Shown here: positions 8,022 through 18,151 of the stretch, piece by piece
Numbering within the stretch: the stretch's first letter is position 1
How the letters are laid out: every line of letters starts with the position of its first letter
DNA from: a plasmid
Direction: 5' to 3' (one strand)
Sequence record: NZ_CP046475.1
DNA: 54,436 nt
Program-made: the position numbers and the translations under genes
Notes under the pieces: model-generated
What the model saw: the letters and a program-made list of their open reading frames with translations, nothing else
Database searches by the model: none
What the model was told of the DNA's origin: nothing

Positions 8022-9995
8022 TCAGCGCATACGGGTGGTGGGCAGCTGTCCTGCGCCCCAGTTCTGGACTCCGGCGACGACCTTGACCCGCACGGTGGTG
8101 CCGCGAGGGGCGTACATCGACAGCGAGCGGGTCGAGCCGGTGGTGGTGTAGCTCGTGGTGACGGTCTTGGCAGAGTACTTGCGGTAGGACCAATCACTGG
8201 AGTGGTACTTACGGGCCTTGGGGAAGGTGCGAGTGACCTCGACGACGGAGCGGGCTGCGGGCGGGCCGCCGACGCCCTCGCGGGCGAGGAAGCGCACGCG
8301 GGCGTGCCACTGGCCTTCCTTGACGGTGGAACCGATGAGCTGGACGGGCCGGTAGGAGGTGGTCTCGATCATCGCGGCCTGGTCGAAGTCGGTCCAGCTG
8401 TCCCATCGCCCGGCTGACCACAGCGCGGTGATGGTGGAGTCGGCTCGCAGGTTGCCGGCGTCGGGGGTCCACGGCGACATCGGGTTGCGGTACCGGTCGT
8501 CGGCTACGGGTGTCACGTCGCGGTAGGTCCAGGTCGACCCGGCGTCGTCGGACCACCACTCCTGGACCCGTCCCTGCTCGGTGGGTCCGGGGTTGACCAG
8601 CAACGCTCGGGTGGTGCTGCCCGGGACGAGGTCGTAGCCCTGGGCGAACTCGGCGCCGTGGATCAGGGTGCGCCCGACCCACTCGCCGTTGGTCATGACA
8701 AACCACTTGTAACTGGAGGCCTTCGGCGCGCCCTCGGGCTTGAAATTCGTCGTCATCGCCAACGCAAGCCGACCTTCAGGGTCGCGCTGGATGTCGTAGA
8801 CCCGCGCCGGGCCCTCGGCAGAGCTCCCGTTGTAGATCAACGTCCCCTCACGCGGGTCCATCGGCGAGGAACGCAGGTCGCTCATGGCACGGATGGGCTG
8901 CCCGTCGGAACGGGAGAAGACCCCGTCCTGGTAGCGGATGTGGAACTGGGAGTTCGTCGCGAGGTTGACCGGGTCGCCGTCGGTGACGGCGATGTCGAGG
9001 GTGCCCTGCCCGTCGCTGACGAACTTCATGTAGCTCCACCCCTTGGAGACGTCCTTGGGGTAGGGGTTGGTGAAGAGCTGGACTGCGGGGGTCCACATCC
9101 GCAGGTCCTTCGAACGGGTCAGGTACCAGTCGTTGCGGTTGTCGTCGGGGTTGCGCAGCCGGGTGAGCAGCCAGTACGGGTGGGAGTCCCCACGCAGGTA
9201 GTGCACCTGGGTGTAGGTCGCCATCCGATGCGCCACGCCCGAGCCAGCCAGGCGCTGCACCGGGCGGAAGTCCATCGCGTCCGCGCTGGTCGAGACTCGG
9301 TACTGCACCTCGGTCGAGGCGTGACCGGACCAGAACGCCGCGATCCGCCCGTCACCGGTCTGCAGCAACGACGGCGAGGCGTGGTCGTCGGCGACCCCAC
9401 GCCCCAGCGCGGCGTCGATCCGCGCGACCCGTGCGTGCTGCAGGGCGTGCTTGGCCTTCGAAACCCGGGTGACCTCTATGTCGCCTTTGGTCGACGTCGT
9501 GCCGACGTAGGTCGCCGCCCGCGTGGTCAGGGCCCGCGGGTTCATGTACCACGACCACGTCCCGTCAGCCACGAGCTGGGTGCGTCGCACACCCGCGCGC
9601 ATCGGGGCCTTGACGACCTCGCCGTCAGGGGTCTCGATCGACCCACCGTCGGCCGGGGAGATCGAGCGAGCCGCCGCACGGGTGCCCTGCGCCACGATCG
9701 GGCTGCCCGACACGTTGACTTTCGTGCTGGGCACCGCAGCCGGCAACGAGCCCGTCCCGCCCAGATCTGTCGGCACGGTCAGCACCTTGCCCCCACGACG
9801 CACCGTGACAAAGTCACGACCCTCGACGTTGCGCTCCCCCGGGCTCGAGGACACCCCACCCGGAGCAGCAGCCGAAGCCGCCGGGGCGCCCGCCGCGGGC
9901 ACCAAGATCGCGCCGGCCACCGCCGTCACCACCAGAGCAGGAAGCGCCCCACGGCGCAGCGACAAACGAGAAGAGAACACTCTCCGGACCCCCAT
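8022..9995 (-). CDS. Secreted protein with a BNR/Asp-box motif (possible glycosyl hydrolase/sialidase-like)
   Basis: Signal peptide MGVRRVFSSRLSLRRGALPALVVTAVAGAILVPAAGA; Asp-box SDDAGSTW; 657 aa. The longest ORF extends to 10073. Confidence 0.55.
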   Translation of the reverse strand: MGVRRVFSSRLSLRRGALPALVVTAVAGAILVPAAGAPAASAAAPGGVSSSPGERNVEGRDFVTVRRGGKVLTVPTDLGGTGSLPAAVPSTKVNVSGSPIVAQGTRAAARSISPADGGSIETPDGEVVKAPMRAGVRRTQLVADGTWSWYMNPRALTTRAATYVGTTSTKGDIEVTRVSKAKHALQHARVARIDAALGRGVADDHASPSLLQTGDGRIAAFWSGHASTEVQYRVSTSADAMDFRPVQRLAGSGVAHRMATYTQVHYLRGDSHPYWLLTRLRNPDDNRNDWYLTRSKDLRMWTPAVQLFTNPYPKDVSKGWSYMKFVSDGQGTLDIAVTDGDPVNLATNSQFHIRYQDGVFSRSDGQPIRAMSDLRSSPMDPREGTLIYNGSSAEGPARVYDIQRDPEGRLALAMTTNFKPEGAPKASSYKWFVMTNGEWVGRTLIHGAEFAQGYDLVPGSTTRALLVNPGPTEQGRVQEWWSDDAGSTWTYRDVTPVADDRYRNPMSPWTPDAGNLRADSTITALWSAGRWDSWTDFDQAAMIETTSYRPVQLIGSTVKEGQWHARVRFLAREGVGGPPAARSVVEVTRTFPKARKYHSSDWSYRKYSAKTVTTSYTTTGSTRSLSMYAPRGTTVRVKVVAGVQNWGAGQLPTTRMR

Positions 9996-10140
9996 CAGGT
10001 CATAGGTAGCCCGACGGAAGACACCCCCTGGCGCACAATGCATCCTGCACGAAAGTTGCATCTGATGCAGCAAGACGGTGGAAACCCTCCGTCACCTGGG
10101 TCAGCCGACTGCTAACGCCTGGACGTCTCGAGGTGCGGTG

Positions 10141-10170
10141 TGACCACAATGACCACAATGACCACACCGA
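10141..10170. repeat. Tandem 9-10 bp repeat (gaccacaat x3) in an intergenic region
   Basis: tgaccacaatgaccacaatgaccacacc. Confidence 0.4.
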
Positions 10171-10249
10171 CGACTAGCCGGGCTGAAGCGGTCGACGCAG
10201 GGACCGCGGCCGCCGGGCGCGTTCGCAGCCGCGTGGAGCGAGTCCAGCA

Positions 10250-10966
10250 CTACTGAACGGGAACATCCGGCGGCTTCAGCCTTTGGTAATCCGTCCCGAT
10301 GCCGTACCCGAGCGCGGCCAATAGGAGTGCTGAAGCAGCGCCGGCCCACAATGACCGATCCTCGTAAGGCTGCTCACCCATCACGTCTGGGCCGTACACA
10401 GCACCAGCCACCATGAAAAAGAAGGGCAGGATTACAGCGACCCACGTCGGACGCCGCATCGTGAAGTGATACAGATTCTGGGGGACTTTGATGGCGCTCT
10501 CACCTGCAAGTACGTTCCGAGCCACCGCGCTGCGCTCCTCCACGACCGCACAGATGATGTGGATGAAGTAGCCGACGATCATCATCGACATACCTACGTT
10601 GATCCAGACCGGCCAGCGCACAGGCTCGCCCATTGCGAACCGGTAGCCACTCAGCACGGGGCTGGCAGCCGTGAGCGGGAAGAGGGCCACCGCTGTCAGA
10701 CTGAAGCCCAACGGCACATGCCCGATGGCCGCGAGTCGGGCAATTACCCAACGATGCTGGAGCGTCAGCATCGTTCTGCTCATATCGGGAACGTCGTTCC
10801 GACCCAGCACACTCGACAACCACGCATCGCGCTTCTCGAGTCGGCGACGGGTGAGTACAGACCCCAGTGACGCAGCCAGTCCGGCCAGCCCCACGACGGC
10901 GGCGACGACGGCCCCGACGAGAGCCGCTCCATCTCTTATCGAGTCCATCTCTGCCCCAGTGCTCAT
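10250..10966 (-). CDS. Integral membrane protein of unknown function; alternative start at 10948
   Basis: Multiple hydrophobic segments (GAALVGAVVAAVVGLAGLAASLG, MSMMIVGYFIHIICAVV, WVAVILPFFFMVAGAVYG). Confidence 0.5.
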   Translation of the reverse strand: MSTGAEMDSIRDGAALVGAVVAAVVGLAGLAASLGSVLTRRRLEKRDAWLSSVLGRNDVPDMSRTMLTLQHRWVIARLAAIGHVPLGFSLTAVALFPLTAASPVLSGYRFAMGEPVRWPVWINVGMSMMIVGYFIHIICAVVEERSAVARNVLAGESAIKVPQNLYHFTMRRPTWVAVILPFFFMVAGAVYGPDVMGEQPYEDRSLWAGAASALLLAALGYGIGTDYQRLKPPDVPVQ

Positions 10967-11098
10967 CCCCTGATTCGGTGCTTGAGCAACACTAGGGGCA
11001 CCCGCGGATGTGCGGTGCGTGACGCATGAAACGCCCCTACAGCTGCGCACTACACCTGATGCGAAGAATCGCTGTCTACGCACGACCGGTTGCCCGGG

Positions 11099-11584
11099 CT
11101 AACCCTCCTGGTCAGCGTCGCCGCGGTGGTGCTCCCCATCCTGCGTGGGTCCTACCGACTCTTCATCGCTGCGGGCCAGCTTGTGCACGACGAACATGCC
11201 GACGGGCGGCGCGACCGTAGGCAGTCGCGGGTCGACGGAGTGGGCGCCTCTTCGAGGGTCGCACTGCCGAAACGGTGAGCTGGACTCTGAGGTCAGCGAC
11301 GCGATGGTGGGGTCGAGGAAGTCACGGATCCACGTCGCCGTCCCGGTCCCAGGATCGGTGCGCATGGCCTCGAAGGCGTCCCACAGCGCCTCGAGCCGCA
11401 GCACGGCCTCTTCGTGGTCCCACCACTTCGAGCACCACTTCTCCACGGGGTGCTGCAGGCAGACCTGCAGGAGGAAGTCCTCAACAAAGCTCGGCAATGA
11501 GGTGAACGCGAGGCCCGGCGAGGCCTCGCCATCCTCGTCCGTCGCGGGGTCGGCGATCTCCTGGGTCCAGTCGGTCTGGCTCAC
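11099..11584 (-). CDS. Hypothetical acidic protein, last gene of the T4SS operon
   Basis: ATGA overlap with the VirD4-like gene; 161 aa. Confidence 0.45.
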   Translation of the reverse strand: MSQTDWTQEIADPATDEDGEASPGLAFTSLPSFVEDFLLQVCLQHPVEKWCSKWWDHEEAVLRLEALWDAFEAMRTDPGTGTATWIRDFLDPTIASLTSESSSPFRQCDPRRGAHSVDPRLPTVAPPVGMFVVHKLARSDEESVGPTQDGEHHRGDADQEG

Positions 11585-13290
11585 GCGCTCTCCTGCCCGG
11601 TGTAGTAGGCGATGCCCTCACGGATGAGGTCGGCCTGCGGCAGCGACGACCAGTGCTCGAGCGCGACGAGCACAGCCGGCATCCCCGATGCCAGCGCCAC
11701 TGCTCGCCCCCGGGGCAGGGATGCGACCTCGTCGACGTCGAGGATCTTCTCGCGGCGCAGCTGTTGGGTCGTGGACCCGCCGGAGCGCATGCTCGTCGAG
11801 GCTGAGCGGGTGCGCACGTCGTGATCGCCGATGAGGCGGGAGATGGTGCCGGCGAACTCGTCGTCACCAATACCGGGGCCGATCCCGCGCAGGTTCGCCG
11901 CGTCCCACATCTGCTTCATGCCCTCACGACCCCACACCCGCACGCCCTGGGACCAGGACTGCAGGTAGGTGCACAGGATGATCCCGCGCGAGCCGTAGTG
12001 GGAGTAGAGGTCGGGCAGCTGGGGCCAGCGGCAGATGTTCGCCGCCTCGTCGAGCACGCACAGCAGCGGGCGAGCCAGGCGTCCGCCCTGCTCGATGCCG
12101 TACTCCTCGGCGGCGCGGGTGACGGCGACGGTCAGCGCCGCGGTGATCGCCCGGGCCGAGCCGGGTCCTTCCTTGCTGAGCAAGTGCAGGGTGTCGGTGG
12201 AGCGCACGAACCGCTCCGGGGAGAACTCAACGCGTCCCTCGCCGGGCGTGATCCACGGGATCAGGGAGGGGTTGCGAAGCCAGGACAGCAGGTTCTCGGC
12301 CGAGCCGTAGATGCCGTCACGCTGCTTGGGGGTCTTGGTGCGGGCGGACTCGACGTCGATGGAGGCGGAGTCCTCGCCGGCGGCGATGAGCAGGTCCTCG
12401 GGCTCCCGGTCGTCGGGCTGACGCACCCAGCGGTGCACGTCGAGCATGCTCCGCTCTCCCTTGGCAGCGGCCAGGAGCAGGGCGGCGACGAGGGTCTGAG
12501 CGGCGGTGTCGAAGTAGGCGTCGGTCTTGGCCGTGACGTCCCGGGTCGCGGCCGCGAACAGCGAGACGATCTCGTCGGCGCGGGTGGAGTCGGTGACGTA
12601 GGACAGCGGAGACCACCACCACGTCGGCTGGCCACCGGCCAGGCCCTGCGGGTCGTGGATGCGGACCAGCCCGACCTGGGAGCGGGGGCCGGCGGTCGCG
12701 TCGACGAGGTCGCGCTTGTTGCTCGTGGCGAGCACGGGCCCGCCGGTGGCCAGCACCTGCGGGATGCACAGGCACGAGGTCTTGCCCGCGCGCGGACCCA
12801 TGACCCACAGCTGGGTCCACTCCCACGACGTGCCCATCGGCGCGCGCCCGTTGACGGCCTTGCCGATGGGGACGCCGGCCCCGCACTCGGGGCTGACTCC
12901 CAGACGCCGCGCGTCGTTGCTCAGCCCGCTCATGGCGAGCTCGTGCACGTCCTTGGGGCGTGACATCGACCGGGCGAGGTGGTCTACCCGTGCGGCGGGG
13001 TCGTTGCCGCGGCGGCGGTAGATCGCGGCGGCAGCGACGGCCGTGGCGAGCAGGATCACCACAAACACCACAACGACGGCAGTGGCGCCGCCGGACCAGG
13101 AGGCGCGACCGGTGACGATCTGGCTGGCCCAGGCGAAGGGGTTGGCCGGCGGGTTCAGCCCCGCCAGGTGGGCTGCCGCCCATCCGGTCAGGACGAGCAC
13201 CACGATCAGCAGCAGCGAGCCGACCAGGACGTACAGGCCGGTGTCGCTGTTGGGGTCGCGCAGGCGCCCTGCGCGGCGCTGGGCGCTCAC
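11581..13290 (-). CDS. Type IV secretion coupling protein (VirD4/TraG/TraD family)
   Basis: Two N-terminal TM helices; Walker A GPRAGKTS; Walker B VLDEAAN. GTG start with GGGAG SD and a GTGA overlap with the upstream gene; the longest ORF extends to 13335. Confidence 0.85.
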   Translation of the reverse strand: MSAQRRAGRLRDPNSDTGLYVLVGSLLLIVVLVLTGWAAAHLAGLNPPANPFAWASQIVTGRASWSGGATAVVVVFVVILLATAVAAAAIYRRRGNDPAARVDHLARSMSRPKDVHELAMSGLSNDARRLGVSPECGAGVPIGKAVNGRAPMGTSWEWTQLWVMGPRAGKTSCLCIPQVLATGGPVLATSNKRDLVDATAGPRSQVGLVRIHDPQGLAGGQPTWWWSPLSYVTDSTRADEIVSLFAAATRDVTAKTDAYFDTAAQTLVAALLLAAAKGERSMLDVHRWVRQPDDREPEDLLIAAGEDSASIDVESARTKTPKQRDGIYGSAENLLSWLRNPSLIPWITPGEGRVEFSPERFVRSTDTLHLLSKEGPGSARAITAALTVAVTRAAEEYGIEQGGRLARPLLCVLDEAANICRWPQLPDLYSHYGSRGIILCTYLQSWSQGVRVWGREGMKQMWDAANLRGIGPGIGDDEFAGTISRLIGDHDVRTRSASTSMRSGGSTTQQLRREKILDVDEVASLPRGRAVALASGMPAVLVALEHWSSLPQADLIREGIAYYTGQESA

Positions 13291-14846
13291 GCGGACTCCC
13301 GCGCCTGGCGGCGTGACTCCTCGTAGGCCCCCCACCGTTCGTTGGTGTCGTTGACCGCCAGCTCGGAGGCGACCAGGTCGACCCGGAAGGGGATGCCGGG
13401 CCGCGAGCCGAGCTTGAGCAGGAACAGGCCCCGCCCGGGCGGGTCCTCGTCGTTGTCGCCCGACGCGGTGTGCATGTCCGACCAGGTCGTGAGCATCTGA
13501 CGCTCCTTCTCCGGCATCGCGAACACCTCAGAGAGGTTGCCCATCTCCTTGGGTGCGAGCCCGCCGAGGAAGACCATCTCTGAGCGCTCGACGAAGCCCC
13601 AGGCCTTCTCGGTGGCCTCCTCCGTCGCGAGCTTGAGGTCGCTCATGGTGTGGGTGCACATGATCTGCGGCAGCAGCAGCTGACGGTTCAGGCGAGTGAT
13701 CGCGTCGATCCGGTCGACCATCTGCAGGCTGGCGCGCAGCACGCGCCACAGCTCGTCCATGACGAGCACGTAGATCCGTTCGGGGCCAAGGCCGGCCTCG
13801 GCCTTGATCTTGGCTCCCTGCACCACGGCGGAGCCGTAGGACCAGCAGACGAGCTGCAGCGCGGCCTGCATGCGCAGGTCGTCCTCGTCCACGCCGGACA
13901 TGTCGAAGACCACGGGCCGGTCGAGCACCATCGGCACGCTCGTCTGCTGGGCGAAGGTGTCACCGAAAGGCCCCTTCGGGCCCAGACCCTGCAACGCGTC
14001 GAGCAGCCGCTCGACCCGCGCGTCGTAGCGGTCGGTGTCGCCGCGATCGCGCACGACCGCCCGCACCTCGTCGTTGCGCTCCTCGATCAGCACGCGCACG
14101 TCGTCGACGACGGGGGTGCTGCTCAGGTCGGGGTCGAGGACGGTCAGGGCGGCACGAAGGATGGTCAGCTCGTTGACGGTCAGCTCCGTGCCCAGGACGA
14201 GCTCGCACAGCCCGGCCAGCGTGTTCAGGCGCCGGCCCTGCAGCTGCGCCTGGACCTCCGCGGCCTTCTTCTCGTTCATCTCCCACAGGTGGGGCAGCAG
14301 AGACGCTCCCGGACCGGGGTCGAGGGGGTTGATGTTGGACCTGCCGCGACCGAGGCTGATGACGCCGGCCTCCCCACCGAGGGCCCGCACGAGCTTGACG
14401 TAGTCCGGCTTGAGGTCGGACAGGATCATCGGGATCACGCCCCACGCGGACAGCACGGTGAGCATCCGACGGATCAGCGTGGACTTGCCCAGCCCGGGAC
14501 GGCCGAGGATGAAGGCCGAGGGGTTGAGGATCAGCCCGAGCCGGAACCACGTCACCGGGTCGGCGCAGACGTCCATCATCATCATCTGGTGCCGCCCAAG
14601 CGGCACCCCCTTCGCCGGCAGGCTCGACCCGGCGGGGAAGGGCCACAGACCGCACACCTGGTTGCTCGTCGCCTCGAACTCCGGGGCGGACTCGACGATC
14701 GCGGCGTACCCGCCGCCGGGGACCTTCAAGCCCCGCCGGCCCGGACCGCCCTCGCTGGAGGTGGTGTCCATCCCGACCGCGCGCTTGAACTGCTCGAGCC
14801 GGCTGACCTGCTCGGCGGTGGGGGTGCTCGTGTTGGTGGTCATCAC
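13287..14846 (-). CDS. VirB4-like conjugative transfer ATPase (short actinobacterial type)
   Basis: Walker A GRPGLGKST; Walker-B-like VLVMDELW; ATGA overlap with the upstream gene. Confidence 0.8.
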   Translation of the reverse strand: MMTTNTSTPTAEQVSRLEQFKRAVGMDTTSSEGGPGRRGLKVPGGGYAAIVESAPEFEATSNQVCGLWPFPAGSSLPAKGVPLGRHQMMMMDVCADPVTWFRLGLILNPSAFILGRPGLGKSTLIRRMLTVLSAWGVIPMILSDLKPDYVKLVRALGGEAGVISLGRGRSNINPLDPGPGASLLPHLWEMNEKKAAEVQAQLQGRRLNTLAGLCELVLGTELTVNELTILRAALTVLDPDLSSTPVVDDVRVLIEERNDEVRAVVRDRGDTDRYDARVERLLDALQGLGPKGPFGDTFAQQTSVPMVLDRPVVFDMSGVDEDDLRMQAALQLVCWSYGSAVVQGAKIKAEAGLGPERIYVLVMDELWRVLRASLQMVDRIDAITRLNRQLLLPQIMCTHTMSDLKLATEEATEKAWGFVERSEMVFLGGLAPKEMGNLSEVFAMPEKERQMLTTWSDMHTASGDNDEDPPGRGLFLLKLGSRPGIPFRVDLVASELAVNDTNERWGAYEESRRQARESA

Positions 14847-16354
14847 ATCGTCTCCCTCAGCACGCCGGGCAGCGCGACCCGCTCGGGCAGCACGATGCCC
14901 AGCGGGAGCGCGGCCACGAACGCGACGTCGTGCATCCCCCAGCAGGGACGCATCTTCAGCTGGGCCTGACCGGCGAGGTTGAGCAGCGTCTGCTTCGCGG
15001 CGGGCAGGTCGGACACGTCCTCGACCGTGGCGGTGACGATCATCCCCACGCGCACGAAGGGGTTGCCCTCGGCCTCAGCCGCTGCGTTGCGCTGCGCTGC
15101 TGCGAGGCGCTGCTTCTTGCGCTCCGAGGGACCGCGACGGCGGGTGGTCGAGGCATCCGAGGACGCGGAGGTCACGCGCCACTCGGCGAGGTTCGCCGAG
15201 GTCGTGGGGTCCAACGGCCGGTAGAGCAGAGCGACCCGCTTGCGCGCGACCCGGGCGTTGGGTTCGAGGAGGTTGCGCAGCTGCAGCGTGTAGAAGACCC
15301 CGCGCGGCGGCTCGGCCATCATCATGCTCATGCTCACCGAGCCGTCGTGGGCGTAGTAGTCCTTCCCGGCGTGCGCGGCGACCGGGCCGCAGTCGTTCCA
15401 CGCCAGCCCGGTGCCGCCGGCGTTGCGGGCCTGCTCCACCGCGGCCGCGACCGAGGGGTCGAAGGCGACACGGGTGTCGTCGATGATGTCCGCCGCGGTG
15501 CGCGCCCGCAGACGAAAGCCGGCCCCGGTCATGCGCAGCTGAGCGATGAGCCCGGGCAGCCGGGTGCCGATGTCATCGGCCATCGTGTCCGCGTCGCGGG
15601 CCCCCTTCGCGCCTTCGACGCCCTTGCGTGCGTCGAAGGTCAGGGTCACCGTGGTGTTGATCTGCGCCGCACCGGCGGTGCCGCTGCCGACGACGTCGCG
15701 CAGCACGCTCAGCGCAAACTCCGGCGCCCCTGGGTCGACGTCGGCCATCGCTGCTCGCTCGAGACGCAGCCCGGTGTCGGGCACGGTCTCGACGACGACC
15801 TGCGCGCCGATCAGGTCACGCTCTCGGGAGAGGACACCGAGGTAGGTGCCCCAGTGGGCGGCCTTGCGGTCGATGCTCTCCTGGTCGATCCCGACCGTGC
15901 CCTCAGGGGCGGTTTCGATGACGACGGAGTAGTGGTCGACGCCGCGGTGGTGGATCAGGGCGAAGGGGACGCCGTAGCCGTCCTCCGCCTCGAGGAGCTC
16001 GGAGTCGGCCATGAGGCCGGGCAGGGCGAACGAGCCGTGCTCGAGGACACCGGTAGGTCCCTGTGCCAGGGCGGTGCGCCCGGTCCGCTCGGAGACCGAC
16101 CACCGGCGCCGGCGGATCAGAGCGCCGTAGGGGTTCTTGTCCAGCGCCATCGTGCCCAGCACCCACGGTGCGATGAGCAGCAACGACAGAGCCAGCCAGC
16201 CCATCCCCACCCAGAAGTGCACGACGAACATGAGGAACATGCCGACCAGGACCACCCCGATCAGGGTGAGGAACTGCAGCGGGCTCAGACCGCCGATGCC
16301 CGGCGCCTTCGGCCTGGCCAGGTTGGAGTACTTGACTGCCTCGGTCTCGCTCAT
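14843..16354 (-). CDS. Conjugation membrane protein (N-terminal 2-TM; resembles the 'SCO6880-family' partner of actinobacterial VirB4 homologs)
   Basis: 503 aa; TM helices LTLIGVVLVGMFLMFVVHFWVGMGWLALSLLLIAPWVL; located immediately upstream of the VirB4-like gene; GAAGGGG SD. Confidence 0.6.
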   Translation of the reverse strand: MSETEAVKYSNLARPKAPGIGGLSPLQFLTLIGVVLVGMFLMFVVHFWVGMGWLALSLLLIAPWVLGTMALDKNPYGALIRRRRWSVSERTGRTALAQGPTGVLEHGSFALPGLMADSELLEAEDGYGVPFALIHHRGVDHYSVVIETAPEGTVGIDQESIDRKAAHWGTYLGVLSRERDLIGAQVVVETVPDTGLRLERAAMADVDPGAPEFALSVLRDVVGSGTAGAAQINTTVTLTFDARKGVEGAKGARDADTMADDIGTRLPGLIAQLRMTGAGFRLRARTAADIIDDTRVAFDPSVAAAVEQARNAGGTGLAWNDCGPVAAHAGKDYYAHDGSVSMSMMMAEPPRGVFYTLQLRNLLEPNARVARKRVALLYRPLDPTTSANLAEWRVTSASSDASTTRRRGPSERKKQRLAAAQRNAAAEAEGNPFVRVGMIVTATVEDVSDLPAAKQTLLNLAGQAQLKMRPCWGMHDVAFVAALPLGIVLPERVALPGVLRETM

Positions 16355-16357
16355 CGC

Positions 16358-18151
16358 TTATCCCCTTCGCTCCCGGCCACCGGCCGGCTGACTCATGTCG
16401 TTGGCTACCCGCGAGGCGCCGCTGGCGACCTTGGTCGCGGTGCTGCCGACGTGCTGCACGGACTGGCGTGCCTGCCGTGCTCGGGCCCTCGACCCGACCT
16501 GACGCACGGCCGGAGCGGGCGGCACCGCCGTGGTGCTCTGAGCCCCCGGCGCAGCCGACGAGCCGCCGCTGTCACCGCCCAGGGAGTCCCCGCCGGTCGC
16601 GCCCCGACGCTCCTGCGCCGAGACCGGTGCGGGTGTCTCAGGAGGGGCCATCGGCCCGCCAGCATCGCCACCGGCGCTGCTCGACGACGCGCCGGCCGAT
16701 CGGCCGCCGCCCGTCGGGACGCTGGTGCTGCTGCCAGCGCCGCCAGGCGACGCGGCACCGCTCGAAGACCCGCCGGCCGTCGACGACCCCCCGCTCGACG
16801 CAGAGCCGGTGCCCTCACCCCCAGCCGAGCTGTCGACGCCACCGGCGGCAGCCTGCGCTGCTCCCGTCGGCGACGCCGGACCAGCCCCGCTCGAACCGGA
16901 CCCGCCACCGCTACCGCCAGACCCGCCGCTAGAGCCACCGCCGGAGGGGGAGGCGCCGGTCCCGCCGCTGAAACCTCCTGGGGTGGACCCGCCACCTCCC
17001 GAGCCGCCGACGGGCGCGGGCGTCGCCGCACCCCCACTTCGCGATGCTGCGGCGGTCGCTGCCCCGGTCCCGCCCGTAGCCAGCGCAGCACCGGCCAGCG
17101 AGGCCGCGCCGTAGGTCGCTGCTCCTGCCGCTGCAAGCCCGGCAGCCCCGGAGAACGCGGAGCTAGAGCCCTCGCCGGCCTCGCGCACGAACAGGTTGAC
17201 CATCGCGGGCAGCGCGACCGCCGCCATGAGGATGATCATCGAGCCCCACAGGAACTGGAAGATCGGGTCGGAGGTCTGGTCCTCGGCCTTCATCAGTCTC
17301 AAACCGACGCCATAGATGATCGCCACGACTGGCTTGTAGAGGATGAACGCGAGCAAGAACATCAGGCTCTTGCGCAGCCGCTCCTGCCCCTGCCGGGTGC
17401 CGCTCGCGGCGGCGAAGATCGGCACGAACGCCACCATGATGATCAGGATCGGTGAGCGCACGATCAGGAAGATCCACTGCATCAGCACCCCGATGGTGGT
17501 CAGAACCAGCATCAGGATCGCGATGAGTGCGAGGTTGCCCAGGGCCTGAGTGCCGCCGCCGGGGTCGATGCCGATGAGCCGCTTGGCGAAGGCCTCGTCC
17601 TTGGCCAGCCCGGCGTACTCGCTCTCGCCCATGCCGGCGATCTTCATCATCAGCCACGGCGAGGCGCGGTCGCTGAACTCGACGAGCATGATCGTCATCC
17701 CCAGCACCACGGTGGTGCTCGCGATGATGTTGAACAGCAGCCGCAGGATGTTCTGCCCCTCGGAGGCTTGCAGCGTCCAGAACATCCGCATGATCGTGAC
17801 CATGATCGAGATGACCGCGATGGCCATCACGAGCCAGCTGGTGGAGTTGAACACCGATTGCAGCGTCCCCGAGGGGGTCACCGTCGACCCCTCCACCGTG
17901 CCCAGGTCCGGCGAGGGCACGGTGAACATGCTGACCGCTGTGCGGTTCAGCAGCTCGATCAGACCGTCAGCCGCCCCGTCGATGAGGCGGGTCATGAAGT
18001 TGTCCGCAGCCGCACCCACGGTGTCTCCGACCGCGTCACCGGCCTTGTCGCAGAGCGGCTTCGCTGCGCCGAGACATGGAAGCGCAGGGGCGGCTTCCGC
18101 CCCGGCATAGGCTGCGGAGTTCGCGGCTTCCGCGATCACTTCGGGCCCCAC
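16358..18151 (-). CDS. TrbL/VirB6-like polytopic T4SS membrane protein with a G/S/A/P-rich C-terminal tail
   Basis: At least 6 hydrophobic helices; long low-complexity tail (GGSGGGGSTPGGFSGGTGASPSGGGSSGG...). Possible GTG start at 18139 giving a GTGA overlap with the upstream gene. Confidence 0.7.
   Translation of the reverse strand: MGPEVIAEAANSAAYAGAEAAPALPCLGAAKPLCDKAGDAVGDTVGAAADNFMTRLIDGAADGLIELLNRTAVSMFTVPSPDLGTVEGSTVTPSGTLQSVFNSTSWLVMAIAVISIMVTIMRMFWTLQASEGQNILRLLFNIIASTTVVLGMTIMLVEFSDRASPWLMMKIAGMGESEYAGLAKDEAFAKRLIGIDPGGGTQALGNLALIAILMLVLTTIGVLMQWIFLIVRSPILIIMVAFVPIFAAASGTRQGQERLRKSLMFLLAFILYKPVVAIIYGVGLRLMKAEDQTSDPIFQFLWGSMIILMAAVALPAMVNLFVREAGEGSSSAFSGAAGLAAAGAATYGAASLAGAALATGGTGAATAAASRSGGAATPAPVGGSGGGGSTPGGFSGGTGASPSGGGSSGGSGGSGGGSGSSGAGPASPTGAAQAAAGGVDSSAGGEGTGSASSGGSSTAGGSSSGAASPGGAGSSTSVPTGGGRSAGASSSSAGGDAGGPMAPPETPAPVSAQERRGATGGDSLGGDSGGSSAAPGAQSTTAVPPAPAVRQVGSRARARQARQSVQHVGSTATKVASGASRVANDMSQPAGGRERRG

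Noticed and set aside
12317-14969. Multiple long ORFs (e.g. 12317..13183 -, 11821..12963 +, 13650..14969 +, 13960..14655 -) overlapping the VirD4/VirB4 genes
   Set aside because: Arg/Pro/Gly-rich low-complexity translations in alternative frames of well-supported ATPase genes (Walker motifs present only in the called frames).
16405-17136. ORFs 16405..17136 (-), 16468..16932 (+) and 16725..17114 (+) in the TrbL 3' region
   Set aside because: They arise from the G/S/A/P-rich low-complexity tail of the TrbL-like gene, and all frames are open there.
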